A DNA stretch of 64,000 nt from Octopus sinensis (Eukaryota), in assembly GCF_006345805.1 (NCBI RefSeq), contig NC_043006.1:28892001-28956000 (forward strand). The letters run 5' to 3'. Positions within the stretch are counted from its first letter, which is position 1, and each line of letters begins with the position of its first letter. Shown here piece by piece: positions 44,781 to 58,700 of this stretch. A model generated the notes under the pieces. That model was given only the letters and a program-made list of their open reading frames with translations. It was not told the DNA's origin and searched no databases. A program made the translations under genes and the position numbers.

Positions 44781-46461
44781 GATATCAAGATATAACTTTG
44801 TATTTTGTATTTTATGTGTAGATGTATATATATAGATGTACATGTAATATGTACACATATATATACACATATATACATGCACTAACACTATGATCCAGCA
44901 ACGACGGGTCTTTAATGCTAGTAAACTTCTAAATTTTAATTTGGAGTTTTTTTTTCTCACTGAGTGTTTTGAAGCTAAATCTATAAGTTACTGTTGATAA
45001 TGGTGGATTTGGTGATGCTAAAGAAAAATGCTGCAGAAACAGTAATAGCTTGACATAGGGCTGTTTCAGAACATAAATTATGAATTACTATTGCTTTCAT
45101 TGAAAGTAAGCAATAACCAAGTCTAGAGCTAATTTCAAGAGATTTTTCATTAATTATATTGATACTTATTTAATTCATGTATCTTGTATTCAAAGACTAA
45201 GTTGCTTTTTTAGATAAAGGCACATCAAAAATTTAGTCCTACATAAACATTGGATGGTCACAGCTGGAATACATTTTATCAATGGACTTACTTGATCATA
45301 GCTGACCAGAAGCTAAATAACAACAATTGTTATTTAATGCATGGCACATAAAAAACTTAACAAGAAATAAATATGAGATGAGAAGAACAATAATACTAGT
45401 AACTGCATAATATTATTTTCAATTTGTGACAAGAAAATAGGTTAATTTCACATTCCAATCTTTCTCTAACCTCTTTAGCAAATTATAACTTTCACTGTGA
45501 TAGTAGAAGTAATGCAAAAAAAAAAGAAGGGAAAACAACAACAAAAACAACCACTATATAATATACCCCATTGCACATTCTTGAAAATGATCTGAGTAAT
45601 TTCAGCTAAATATTAGTTTTCTGTGCTTAACAGACTTGCCATCAATATGAAAATAATTGATTAATATTGTTTTTTTTTTTAACCCCTCTCTATCATACTG
45701 CATTGCATAGCCTATTCTAAATTCATATTGGTTCAACTTACTTCACAATAAGACTCTATCAACAGTTATTGCTTACAGCTGTTGAAAATTATGCAAGTGA
45801 AAGGTATTTTATTTTGATCTTGTTTACAATGCTTACTCAAAGCCCCCAAATGAGTCTAGTCTTTGATTGAATTGTACACAACAAAGCCCTTACACATATA
45901 TAAAACTGATTCTCTAAAAATAATTCCTGTTTGTTTTTGTCCATGTTTTGAATAATTTTCTTGTTGTCGCAGAAACATTTCATAGTTGTGTAAGTATACC
46001 TCTCCTAGAGACAAGTAGCCAAACAAGAAAAGAAAGTTTTAACTATGTAACTAGGATGGGTTAGGATAAAAGAACAACATATCATAGTTATATCTTACTT
46101 GATTTTTAAATTCTTTATCTCTCAGTTAGCAGGTGAGCTGCATGATCTTAAATACTATACCAGTAGTTGATCTCAACATTAACTATTCTCTTACCACACC
46201 TCTAAATACAATTTAAATACTTTTCTGAGGAGTGATTCTGTAAAAACTTATTTCATATCATGCACAACCACACCCAGAGAATAAAATTGATTTGCAACAA
46301 GCTGAGAAGAAGATTGTTTAGCAATTGGCTTTGTAGTCTGTGTTTGTATGTGGAAGTGGGGATGGACTGGAGACAATCACTTATATGAATTTGTTGAAAA
46401 AACATGTTTTAAACATATTTAGATACTTTTAAAAAATTTCTAGAAATTTCTATTTAGTTAT

Positions 46462-46905
46462 AAGGGCTGATTGATAAGTATCAGGATTGTTGCCATAGTA
46501 ATGACACTAAAGCACACAGAGTGAAGCTGCTTGGCATAGATTGACCTTGAACTCTATTATGCATGCACACTAAGTTTTAATGTTCTCGCTCATTTCTGCT
46601 GTTAACAGTAGTGCTTGGAAGGAAGGTGTGTAGCTTGTAATCATTACATTGACCATGACAGAGAAAGTTGTCATGGCAACAACTGCACAGAGGCCTATAC
46701 AAAGTCACGGAAAGTGTATGGAAAGGAGTGTGTGAGCCACGCACGAGTGTATGAATGGTTCAGACATTTCCAAAATGGCAGAAAAAATGTCAATGTTGAC
46801 GAATGTTCTGGGAGACCCACAACCTGCAGAACTGAGAAAAACATCGCAGATGTGTGTGCAGCTGAGAGGGGAAATCCTCAAATCACCATCCATGAGTTAT
46901 CAAAT
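46462..46905 (+). mobile_element. Mariner 5' fragment (HTH region)
   Basis: TEAYTKSRKVYGKECVSHARVYEWFRHFQNGRKNVNVDECSGRPTT...NPQITIHEL. Confidence 0.8.
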
Positions 46906-47039
46906 ATTGTGCCATGTTTCTTCTTTCACTGTTGATGCACTCCCGTATGCTAATCAGCCCACATCCACCTTTACCAATCTTCATATAAAGCCTGTATATG
47001 TACATTCACCTTAGAGTGGAGGGCACCATACATTGTCAT

Positions 47040-47790
47040 TGTCTTTTGAGTAGTGCGACCAATTTGGATAATCTCCACTTGTGTACATTTCAGGATGGGT
47101 GCACTATAGCGGACTACAGCAACCACCCATGATGATGACAGTTACTAGATTCCTCGAGTTGAATTTTGATTTCAAAAGAAGTTTAAGGTACTTGAACTAT
47201 GCAGTGATGACCTTGTCTTTCATTTCTTTGTGCAAGATATTGTCCAGCTCCAGAATCTCAAAGTACTTGTACCCATCATCATCCAGGTCTTCCATTCTCT
47301 CTCCATTTGGCAATTCTATGCCCCTACAATTTACTCTTTTCTCCTACTTCAAAGTAAGCATTGCACATTTCAAGATACTGAATTCCATCCCTATATCCTT
47401 GCTGCACATTTGCTCAGTCTCAACCAGCCTCTCCACTTCAGGCTCTGTTTTTGCAAACAGTTTTAAATCATCCATGAAGAGAAGGTGGTTGAGACAAGGC
47501 CTATTCTTTCTCAGCTCATACTGCACACTGATTTTGCATAGGACAACAGAAAGTGGGATCAAGGCTATAACAAATAACAGAGGTGACAAGAGTCTCCTTG
47601 GAAAACACCTCTTTTGATTGTTACTTTGGCAAAGTGCTGGTTGTTACCAGAAAGACAAGTTTTCCAACTATGCTTGCTGTTCTTAATTGGTGCATACATG
47701 TTCTTAGTTATTCCACACATGTTAAGTGATTCCAAAATCCATGAATGTGGCAACATGTCGTAAGCCTTTTTGAAGTCTATCCAGGCCATA
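47040..47790 (-). mobile_element. R4/Dong-like LINE RT fragment
   Basis: MAWIDFKKAYDMLPHSWI, IKRGVFQGDS.SPLLFVIALIPLS, NHLLFMDDLKLFAK, DIGMEF..KC, GYKY, KSKFNSRNL. Confidence 0.8.
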
Positions 47791-47829
47791 CATAAGTTTT
47801 TTGGGTACCATTTTCAATTCTTTTCTAAC

Positions 47830-48110
47830 ATCAACCACTCAGTAGAGTGGGCTTAGTGTTTTTTATGTGGCACAAGCACAGGCAAGGTTTTTACAGATGG
47901 ATGCCCTCCCAAACACCAATCACACTGCAGCACAGTAGACTTAGTGTTTTTTACATGACACAAGCATAGGCGAGGTCAGTTTTGGCAAGGTTTTACAGCT
48001 GGATACCCTTCCAGACACCAACCACTTTACAGTATGGACTGGATGCTTTTTAAGTGGCACCTGCACTGACAGGGTAAGTACCTTGCAAGACAAAAGTACC
48101 TTGCAAAAGA
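47830..48110 (-). repeat. Stacked degenerate RTE-tail motifs
   Basis: Two to three TTTACAG.TGGATGCCC.TCC.AAC.CCAA.CAC blocks. Confidence 0.6.
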
Positions 48111-48944
48111 GAGATCAGGAATGGAGATAGAAACAGGTGCGCTGCTGCAAAGGAGATACATGGTTACCCAACCTGAGGGAAGTGCAGAAGAAGGAGAGGG
48201 AGTGTGAGAGACAGTAGGATAGAGATGGTAGCAAAGTGCTGGGCATACTCACAAGGGACAGGGATCAGAATAGATATAGGATGGTTGAGTAAAGGAAGAG
48301 AGAGATATAAATGGTAGCAAATTCCAGGGCATATCCTTGAGGTTCGAACGTCATAATATGTGGCAGGATATTGCAAAAGAAACCTGATTAGAGGGTGTGG
48401 AGACGGGGAATGAGTGGCAAAAACCTGAGTATATATATCAGATAGCAATGATACAGAGAAAATGGGCTGTAAGGACAAGATTTGGGAGTGAGAGGTAGAA
48501 ATAGTATATGAAGGAGGAAATGTGAGGAAGGGAAAGGATGTAGATTGATTTGTTGCAGTAGGGTGTGTGAAAAGTTTTCTTATGTGTGGGTGGAACACAT
48601 AGGTCTGGGGCTAGTAGATATCAATGATACAGTGAGATAGGGTGTGTGGGTGGAACACGCTACTCGGGGCATCTAGTGGAGAGCAATGATACATTGAGAC
48701 AGGGCCAAGAGGACTGGATTGGGGAGTGGTGGAGTAAGTATAGTGCATTAAGGGGAAATGCGAGAAAGAGAAGAGATGTAGGGTTGTAATTTGGCTTGTT
48801 GTGATAAGGTGTGTGAAAAATTTTCTTGTTAAGTGTTGGTGGTACACACAGAGCTGTTAGAACTCAGTTTTACTGATGCGAGTGGGTCTTCTCAAGAAAC
48901 TCATATTGCCAAACATCTCATATGTATCATCAATCAGCACCATC

Positions 48945-49210
<266 letters not shown>

Positions 49211-49504
49211 TAGACGAATATATGGATATATATATATATGTGTGTGTATATATTACGGAGATGTACTTGCATAGTGAGTGACTTGATCTGAGATCGTGTG
49301 CTGGAACAAAAACAATTGCAGCATAGAAGGTGTTTATAAACCATTTAAGAAACACACAAAAACCATTGGATTTACTTCAACATTTAAATTTAATTTGTCA
49401 AAATATTTTTGTCACTTTGAGATCGCGATCTGTTCACTGACAAAACTTCGTGCTATATCATCATCATTTAACGTCTGTTGACCATGTATATATATATATA
49501 TATA

Positions 49505-49850
49505 TCATCATCATCATCATCATCATCATTTAGCGTCCGCTTTCCATGCTAGCATGGGTTGGACGGGTCAACTGGGGTCTGTGAAGCTGGAAGGCTTCAT
49601 CAGGCCCAGTCAGATCTGGCAGTGTTTCTACGGCTGGATGCCCTTCCTAACGCCAACCACTCCGTGAGTGTAGTGGGTATTTTTTACGTGCCGCCTGCAC
49701 AGGTGCCAGACAGAGCTGGCGAACGGCCATGAACGGATGGTGCTTTTACGTGTCACCGGCACGGGGCCAGGCGATGCTGGCAACAGACACGAACGGATGG
49801 TGCTTTTACGCGGCACCGACACGGGGCCAGACAGAGCTGGCAAACAGCTA
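49505..49850 (-). mobile_element. Young RTE 3' tail with 60-bp tandem repeats
   Basis: CpG-rich tail; three copies of TTTTACGTG.C.CC.GCAC.GG.GCCAG...GCTGGC.AC...GAACGGATGG at 49681-49850. Confidence 0.8.
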
Positions 49851-49863
49851 TATATATATATAT

Positions 49864-49963
<100 letters not shown>

Positions 49964-50447
49964 TAGATATATATTTACACTCAACTACACCTTCATATAA
50001 ATGTGCACAGATTGGAACAGAATACACAATCAAAAATACATAGAGGTATTCTAACATTCATACCAACTACACACAGACAAAAATACCTACACACACACAC
50101 ACACACACGCACACACACGCACGCACACTCACACCACAACACACCACATAATCATATTATACTTATGCTCAATTTCATTATTTTAGTTCAGTTACCTCCA
50201 TGAGATTCTTGTGAATGTAAATTTGTGGTTTGGATTCATGTTACACCCACTCAATCATTGAATTGATCAGTTGATTTTAAGGACAAGTAAATTGTTGTAG
50301 GGTTGAATGGCAAAGGTGTGACAAATGGATAAACAATTACAAAAGCTTCCTCTTTGACACAATTATTTCTCACCTTTAAAAGTATTTCTGCATGGAGGGG
50401 AACAAAATAGTTTCCTGGTTAGTCACAATGTTTATATATTATACATA

Positions 50448-50609
50448 GGTGCAGGAGTGGCTGTGTGGTTAGTAGCTTGTTTACCAACCACATGGTTCCG
50501 GGTTCAGTCCCACTGCATGGCACTTTGGGCAAGTGTCTTCTACTATAGCCTCAGGCCGACCAAAGCCTTGCGAGTGGATTTGGTAGACAGAAACTGAAAG
50601 AAGCCCGTC

Positions 50610-50668
<59 letters not shown>

Positions 50669-50900
50669 GTGTGTGTGTGTGTGTGTGTTTGTATGTCTGT
50701 GTTTGTCCCCCTAGCATTGCTTGACAACCGATGCTGGTGTGTTTATATCCCCGTTACTTAGCGGTTCGGCAAAAGAGACCGATAGAATAAGTACTGGGCT
50801 TACAAAAGAATAAGTCCCGGGGTCGAGTTGCTCGATTACAGGCGGTGCTCCAGCATGGCCGCAGTCAAATGACTGAAACAAGTAAAAGAGAGTAAAAGAG
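50448..50900 (+). mobile_element. tRNA-derived SINE (family A), full length
   Basis: Head and tail as at 38403-38790, with an expanded internal (TA)n(TG)n. Confidence 0.9.
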
Positions 50901-50944
50901 ATGCGTGTGTGTGTGTGTATTTGTTTTTTTTTGTTTTTTTTTTG

Positions 50945-51355
50945 TTTTTTCACTTGTTTCACTCATTGAACTGTGGTCATACTGGGGCACCACCTTGAAG
51001 GGTTTAGTAGAACAAATAAACTCCAGTACTTATTTTGAAAGCCTGCTATTCATGATAGTGGTCTCTTTAGCCGATCAGCTAAGGTATAAAGTTAAGGGAA
51101 TATAAACAAACTAACAGCAGTTGTTAGACAGTGGTGGGGGACAAATACAACACAAACACAGAGATAGACACTGAAATAGATAAACACACACACACATACA
51201 TGACAAACTTCTGTCAGTTTCTGTCTAACAAATCCATTCACAAGGCTTTTGTTGGCCCAGGGCTTTGGTAAGACACTTACCAAAGTTCTACCTGAAGGAA
51301 TTGAGCTCAAGGACACATGGTTAGAAAGCAAGCTTCTTACCTGTATAACCATGCT
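50945..51355 (-). mobile_element. tRNA-derived SINE (family A), diverged, antisense
   Basis: Reverse-complement head near 51350 and body; tail-to-tail with the 50448 copy. Confidence 0.7.
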
Positions 51356-51360
51356 TTCAA

Positions 51361-51392
<32 letters not shown>

Positions 51393-51400
51393 TTCTCTCC

Positions 51401-51479
<79 letters not shown>

Positions 51480-51485
51480 CATATA

Positions 51486-51679
51486 TGTTATGTTTTTGAC
51501 GAAGAGCTCCGCTCGAAACGTTGAACCCTCCTTCTTTCCTTCTTTCCTGAGTGTCCAATAATACTATACTTGTTCCAGGTCCTAACGTTGTTGTGTTTTC
51601 TCTTTGTGTTTTCATGTTTGGATTAACTATATATGCATATACATATACATACATTCATACATATATATATATACTACAC

Positions 51680-51766
<87 letters not shown>

Positions 51767-51961
51767 GTATATATATATGTTGTATAGTATATATTGTATG
51801 ATGTATGTATATGTATATGCATATATAGTTAATCCAACATGAAAACACAAGAGAAAACACAACAACGTTAGGACCTGGAACAAGTATAGTATATTGGACG
51901 CTCAGGAAAGAAGGAAAGAAGGAGGTTTAACGTTTCAACGGAGCTCTTCGTCAAAAACATA

Positions 51962-51964
<3 letters not shown>
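51486..51964. repeat. Inverted repeat, ~165-bp arms around a (TA)n spacer, hammerhead-like motif at each outer end
   Basis: Arms 51486-51654 and 51801-51964; TTGACGA(51496-502) A GAGC TCC GCTC GAAA(51515-18) CGTT. Confidence 0.9.
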
Positions 51965-52015
<51 letters not shown>

Positions 52016-52104
52016 GTAACAGAAAAGAGGAATTTCCATTATCCCCACGTGGTGAGTTGTGATGTATATAAGAAATTAAAAAAGGAAACTATGCACACTT
52101 ACAT

Positions 52105-53930
52105 AGTTTTAATATAGGAGAAATAGGTATCCCAAACCCCTGTACTTGGCTTTGTTGACTTGAAGAAAGCTTTTGACAGAGTCTCCCGATCCCTTATCTG
52201 GTGGTCAATGTGGAAACTAGGGATAGACAAGTGATAGGTGAGAGCTGTACAAGCCTTGTACAGGGATGCCTCCACTAAGGTGAAGGTGGGCAACGAGTAC
52301 AGTGAAGAATTCTGGGTAGAAGTAGGGGTTCACCAAGGATCAGTGCTCAGCCCCCTCTTGTTCATCATAATCCTCCAGGCAATAATGAAGGAAATCGAGA
52401 CAGGCTACCCCTGGGAGCTCCTCTTTGCTAATAACCTTGCTCTGATTGCTGAATCACTACCCGAGTATGGAAACAAGGCCTAGAATTAAAGGGCCTTAGA
52501 GTTAACCTAGGAAAAACCAAAGTCATAGTAAGTAGGAAGGCAGACAAATCACATATCCCATCAGGCAGATGTCCCTGCTCAATCTGTAGAAAAGGTTTAG
52601 GTAAAAGCTCCATAAGATGCACCCAGTGTAAGATTTGGACACACAAAAGGTGCAGCGATATCAAAGGAAGTTTAACAGAGAAACTAACTTTTCTATGTGA
52701 AAGGTGCACAAGCATAATAAATGCTGAACATGTACAGAAAATAGACCTCATCAACTGCCAGGGGATCAAGCTAGAGGTAGTAGATAGCTTCCAGTATCTA
52801 GGCAACAAGGTTAGTAGCAGAGATGGTTGTTCTGAGAGCGTAGCTGTGAGAATAAGATTAGGCTGAGCACATTTCAGAGAGCTCTGAGCTCTCTGTCTCT
52901 CAGAGTGAAAGGCAGATTGTAAGATGCCTATGTGCAAACAGCTATGCTGCATGGCAGTGAAACATGGGCTATAACAGCCAAGGACATGCATAGGATTGAG
53001 AGAAATGAATCCAGTATGTTTCACTGGATGTGCAATGTCAGTGTGCATGTTTGACAAAATGTATGTATCTTGAGAGAAAAGTTGAGCATAAGAGGAATCA
53101 GATGTGGCGCACAAGAGAGATGGCACTGATATGGTCATGTGATGTGTATGGACAAGGACAGTTGTGTAAAGAAGTACCAATCTCTAACTCTGGAGGGAAC
53201 TTGTGGTAGAGGTAGACCCAGGAAGACATGTGATGAGGTGGTGAAGCATTACTTTCAAACTCACAGAGGCAATGACTAGTGACTGAGACCTTTGATGATA
53301 TGCTCTGCTTAAGAGGACCTGTGAAGCTAAGTGCACCCATGCTAATGGCATGTAAAAAAAAAATCAACCTTTGAACTTCAGGCCACACAGAGGCAAATTG
53401 GCTGAGCTCCTTTTGAACGTTGGGCCTCATGGAGGCAAAGTGGCTGAGTTCCTTTCGAATGCTGGGCCTCATGGGTTGAGGTGACTGAGTTCCTATTGAG
53501 CAGGCCTCACGGAGTTGAGGTGGCTGAGTTCCTTTCAAGAATTGGGCCTTGTGGAGGCAAAGTGACTGCTTTCCTTTCGAGTTTTGAGCTTCAAGGAGAC
53601 CAAGTGGCTGAGCTCCCTCCAAGTTTTGAGCTTCATGGTGGCAATGAGGAAGACCTTTGGCATTATGTTGTGCTTGTAAAGAAACCCATCAGGCAGAGCA
53701 AAATCGCTGTCGGGGTAGATACCAGTGTCATGCAAATGGCACCCATGCCGATGGCATGTAAAAGCACCTATTACACTCTCAGAGTGGTTGGCGTTAGGAA
53801 GGGTATCCAGCCATAGAAAGTCATGTCAAATCAGACTGGGTCCTAGTGCAGCCTTCCAGTGTTCCACCCCAGTTAAACTGTCCAATCCATGCCAGCATGG
53901 ACAACAAATGTTAATCGATGATGATGATAT
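52105..53930 (+). mobile_element. 5'-truncated RTE LINE with PHD-like insert and minisatellite in the 3'UTR
   Basis: YLAFVDLKKAFDRV, GVHQGSVLSPLLF, ELLFANNL (decayed YADD), GLRVNLGKTK, C4HC3 block, LEVVDSFQYLG, RGRP; ~40-bp repeats at 53370-53650; (GAT)n tail. Confidence 0.9.
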
Positions 53931-53934
53931 ATCA

Positions 53935-55790
53935 TTGTCATTATTTAACATCAGCTTTCCATGCTGGCATGAGTTGGACAGTTTGAATGAGGATTGGCAG
54001 GCCAGGAGGCTGCACCAGGCTCCAATTTGATCTGGCAAAGTTTCTACAGCTGGATGCCCATCCTAACGCCAACCATTGTTGGAGCACAGTGAATGCTTTT
54101 TACGTGCCACCAGCATGGGAGGGGGCAGTCAGGCGGCACTGGTATTGACCATACTTGAATGGTGCTTTTTACATACCATCGGCATGGAAGCCAGTCAGGT
54201 GGCACTGGCATAACCCTGGCTCAAATGGTGCTTCTTACATGTCACCGGCACTGGTGACAGACAAGGCACTGGCATCAGCTACAACTACGATTTCGCTTAA
54301 TTCAACAGGTCTTCTCAAGCACAACATATTACTCAACAATTGAAGAGTACTTTTAAATGGGCCGGTTATGCGACACTGGCATCAGCATTGGCTGTAATCT
54401 CATTTGACTTGCCGGGTCTTCTCAATCACAGCATATCTCCAAAGGTCTCAGTTGCTTGTCATTGCCTCTCTGAGGCCCAACGCTTGAAGGTCGTGCTTCA
54501 CCACCTCATTCCATGTCTTTCTGGGTCTACCTCTTTTACAGATTCCTTCCAGTCTTAGGGCGTGACACTTCTTCACATAGCTGTCCTCATCCATACACAA
54601 TACATGACCACACCAGCGTAGTTGTTTCTCTTGCACACCACATCTGATGCTTCTTTTGTCCATCTTTTCTCTCAGGGTGCTGACACTCTGTCATGTATGC
54701 ACACTGACATTACACATAGTAGCTTTATTTATTTCAACCCTACGCATGCCCTCAGCAGTCACAGCCCATGTTTCACTGCCATGTAGCATGGCTGTTCACA
54801 CACATGCATCAAACTGTGTACCTTTCATTCTGAGCAAGAGGCCCTTTGTTACCCACTGAGATAGGAGCCCCCTGAACTTTGCCCAGGCTATTCCTAATCT
54901 AGCAGCTATGCTCTCAGAGCATCCATCCCCACTACTGACTTGGTCACTTAGGTAACAGAAGCTATCATATATATATATATATATAAAATCATCATCCTCA
55001 TCATCATTTAACATCTGTTTTCCATGTTGGCATGATTTAGACAGTTTGATTGGAGCCAATAAGGCCCAGGGGCTGCACCAAGCTCCAGAGTCTGTTCTGG
55101 CATGGTTTGTATGGCTCGATGCCCTTCTTAATACCAATCACTCCATAGAGTATACTGGGTGCTTTTAACATGGCACCAGCACAAGTACTTTTTATGTGGC
55201 ACCAGCACCAGTATCAATTCTGCTGTAGCTGACAGGTCTTCTTGAGTGTAAAAGCATGACAGATATCTCAGTCCTTAGCTCAGTGTCTTATGATTGGCCT
55301 TCAATACTTCATCTCGTGTCCTCGTGGGTCTCCCTCTTCCACAAGTTCCATCCACTTTAAGAGATCAGCACTTCTGTATGCAACTGTCTACATCCATACA
55401 CATCACATGCCCAAACCAGTGCAGTCTTCTCTCTTGCACACTGCATCTAATTCTTCTTAATTAAGCCCAACTTTTCCCTCAAAACACTAATGTTTTGTTG
55501 TACATGTACACTGACATGGCACATTTAGCAGAGCATACTAGCTTTATTCCTCTGTAGCCTTTGCATGTCTTCTACATTCAAGACCCACATCTCACAACCA
55601 TGTAGCATTGTTATTTGTATACATGCATCATACAATCTGCCTTTTACATGGAAAGAGAGAAAAACTTTTGGTTGCCAAAAAAAGTAAAAGCTCTCTGAAT
55701 TTTCTCTGTCCTATTCTTATTCAAGCGATTACACTTTCTGTACATCCACCCTCACAGCTAATTAGGTCACCAAGGTAGCTTAAATTGTCC
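53935..55790 (-). mobile_element. Two successive 5'-truncated RTE copies, antisense (53935-54960 and 54990-55790)
   Basis: DSFCYLSDQVSSG.GCSESIAARL, QLRWCGHV, KRGRPRKTWNEVVKHDL; each with its own 3' tail. Confidence 0.8.
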
Positions 55791-58700
55791 ACTATCTCTA
55801 AAGAACTTCATATATTATTTATACATGATGGGATTCCATATAGTTTCCATCTATCAAATTTAATTCACAAAGTATTAACTTGAGACTATAGTAGAAGACA
55901 CTTGCCAAATAGTGACACTGAATCTGAAACTATTTGGCTGCAAAGCAATTTTCTTAACTGTGTGGATATAATACTAATTTATTATAAGTTTTATATAAGC
56001 TTCATTAGAAGACTACTTGAGATTAGCATTGCATACTATTCTAAGTCAATAAGAGAGCCCATTTCTGGTCATTTGCTCTGCTTGAAATAACAACCAAATT
56101 TTCCTCAAATAACATTCTATCACCTTGAAAAAAAGTAGTTTTAATGCAAAATATAAAATATTGCAGAGGTTTGTGATTAGAACTTCTTAATAATTGAATT
56201 AAAGTGTAACTGGCAGAGTATTCCACAGACACATTGTTTATGTAATGCTCAAGTAGAGTCAGCAAGACATACTGTGTCAAGATTGGTCCTTTCAATTACA
56301 GATACAGTCCAGCTAGTGAGATTCTATGCTCTTACTACCTGCACAACTTAATTCATAAGGTTTAGATTGCCCTGAGGCTATGGTAAAAGCATTTGTCTAA
56401 AATGTTATGCAATGAGATGGAACCCAGGAATTTTGTGATTTTGAAGTAGCTTCTAAACCACTCAGCCATGTTAAAATCAATATGAAGTAATATAGGACTG
56501 AAAACATTATCTCTAAATAAAGGATTGCATGGTCACAGCTGGAACATCGTTCAGTTGTAGATCTGCTTAGTCACACTGTCCTAGAGATAAACAACAACAA
56601 CCAAACACACCTGTCAATTATAGTCCTCCAGTTGCCTGCAGTGGAAACTTGTTTCTCCATATCTGAGTGTGATAAAATATATCCATTTTTTTCAATATGT
56701 GAATAACTCATAACATATTGATTTTTCAGCAAGTATATTGACACTCTATTGACTTGCCCACAGCTGTGATTAACTGCATAACAACTTGAAAATACAAGAT
56801 GTTACAAAACAGCAGCCTTCCATCTTCCCTATGCCTGTTGGAAGATTCAGGGTGAAAAATGAACTATTGGCATGAATTTGGATAATTAAGTTAAAGAGGA
56901 TATGTTGAATGCTAAATGCAAAAATTCTTAATTAATTAAAATTTTCTTCTTAGAGAAAGAAATAATTCCAAGAAAGTAACAATTAGTTTACAAAGTAATT
57001 TGCATGTTTTGGGAAAGAATCATCTTATCTTTGCAGGTAAGAGATTACTATTTTGGTCTATATGACCTTCTCAGCATCGTATAGTTGAACCAAGTCTGCT
57101 GGTTGGTAAAGATGTGAGTTCATGGAGTATTTGCTGAGAATTGTATAGATTACGTTTACCTTCTTAACAAACGAAATTCATGATCAAGCTCCCATTCTAA
57201 TTGAATCTACTTTATTTACAACTCCAATACTGAAACAAGTAAAAGATAAAAGATAATACTCATGAGAGAGTCATGAAAATCTCCATTTACCATTTTTACT
57301 CTTCTGTTAATCTGTGTCTGCAGGAATTAAACAAGAATGTTGATGTAAAACTGAGAATAAACTAATTCATTTTCTAGGTCAAAAAGAAGTTACTTTATTG
57401 ACTAAGACATATTGATATCATAAAAGAATGTAAACTATTTTAGAATAATAGCTATAGTGAAAAAAATGTAGATTATTTTGTTGCACCTATCTTTTGTAGT
57501 TATTCTTGTTACATACCTGTCATTTACTATCAAACTAAACACACCTTAGAAAACTATTTGAGTGTATTTGTCAGAATAAAATATTTTGTAAGTTAATGAC
57601 GAAGAAAATAGCGTTTAAGAGAAAGACCTTTTGGTGTTGTGAACTTGGAATGTGAGCATTTACAAGTTACTATATTGTAATATATGAGAGAGAAGAGAGT
57701 TCTCCAGGACAGCAGTCTTTGCAATGAAATGTATGTTTAGAAGGAAAAATCACTGCACAAGTAATAAAGAGAATACAACTATACATTTAGAAAATTCTGA
57801 TGAGTAAAGTTGTTGAATATACAGAAAGACAATACAAGATAGTAATATTCTAAGGATAAAAGATTTTCAGTAAAATGAGGTTTATTGATCTGAAATATGT
57901 CCTAGCTGTTGTTTTTTAGATTTTTTTTTATGTATCTAATGCAAATATATTATAACATCGACTCAATATTTTGCTTGCAGTAAACATTATCCATTTGTAT
58001 TACATAACCAAACCAATGTAGTTGATTATCTTGTATTTCTTCAGGCCAGGTTTGTTTTGTTTTCATGAAATAATCAAACTGAACAAACTTAATCTGAAGA
58101 GATGAATTGCTTCTTTAAAGAGAAAGCTATATCTTGATAGGATTTGATAATGCTAAACTTTAAAATCACAAATGCTCCAGAAGAACTCACAAGAGATATT
58201 GAATCCATAAAAGTGCACTAAAATGGATCCTTTAAACTTGGTGTTGTTTTTGAAAGATGTTTCAGCCAATTATTCTTGATGTGTACATTGTAATTAAATT
58301 AGATATAACAAATTATTGTTCAGTTAAATTCAGTTCAGCTTAAACAAACTTATGGTACAGATACTTAAGTGGAGGATAATATACTAAATGTAGCAAGCAA
58401 GAAAGAAAAAGATGTTTGGTCTTTTAGAATTATACATGTAATGAAGAGGAAAAAAATGCATTAATATTAATCATGATTTTTTTAAGAAAAGCAAGACAGA
58501 TAACTCTGATATACTGACTTTGGAGCTAGAGTTTAACTTTTAATCTGTATGCTCATGAATTACCTACTCCCTATAACTCTGAGCCAAACTACCAAATTAG
58601 AATTCTTTTTTGAATAGTAAAACTTTTTGAGTGTGCAAAGTTTACTTAATTAGTTATACATTACTCACCTTAAAATCATGATTTCAACCTCTGTTACTCA

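Noticed and set aside
53370-53650. CRISPR-like regular repeats (also 49681-49850 and 59268-59410)
   Set aside because: Units are contiguous and diverged, with no unique spacers and no cas genes; all lie inside eukaryotic transposons.
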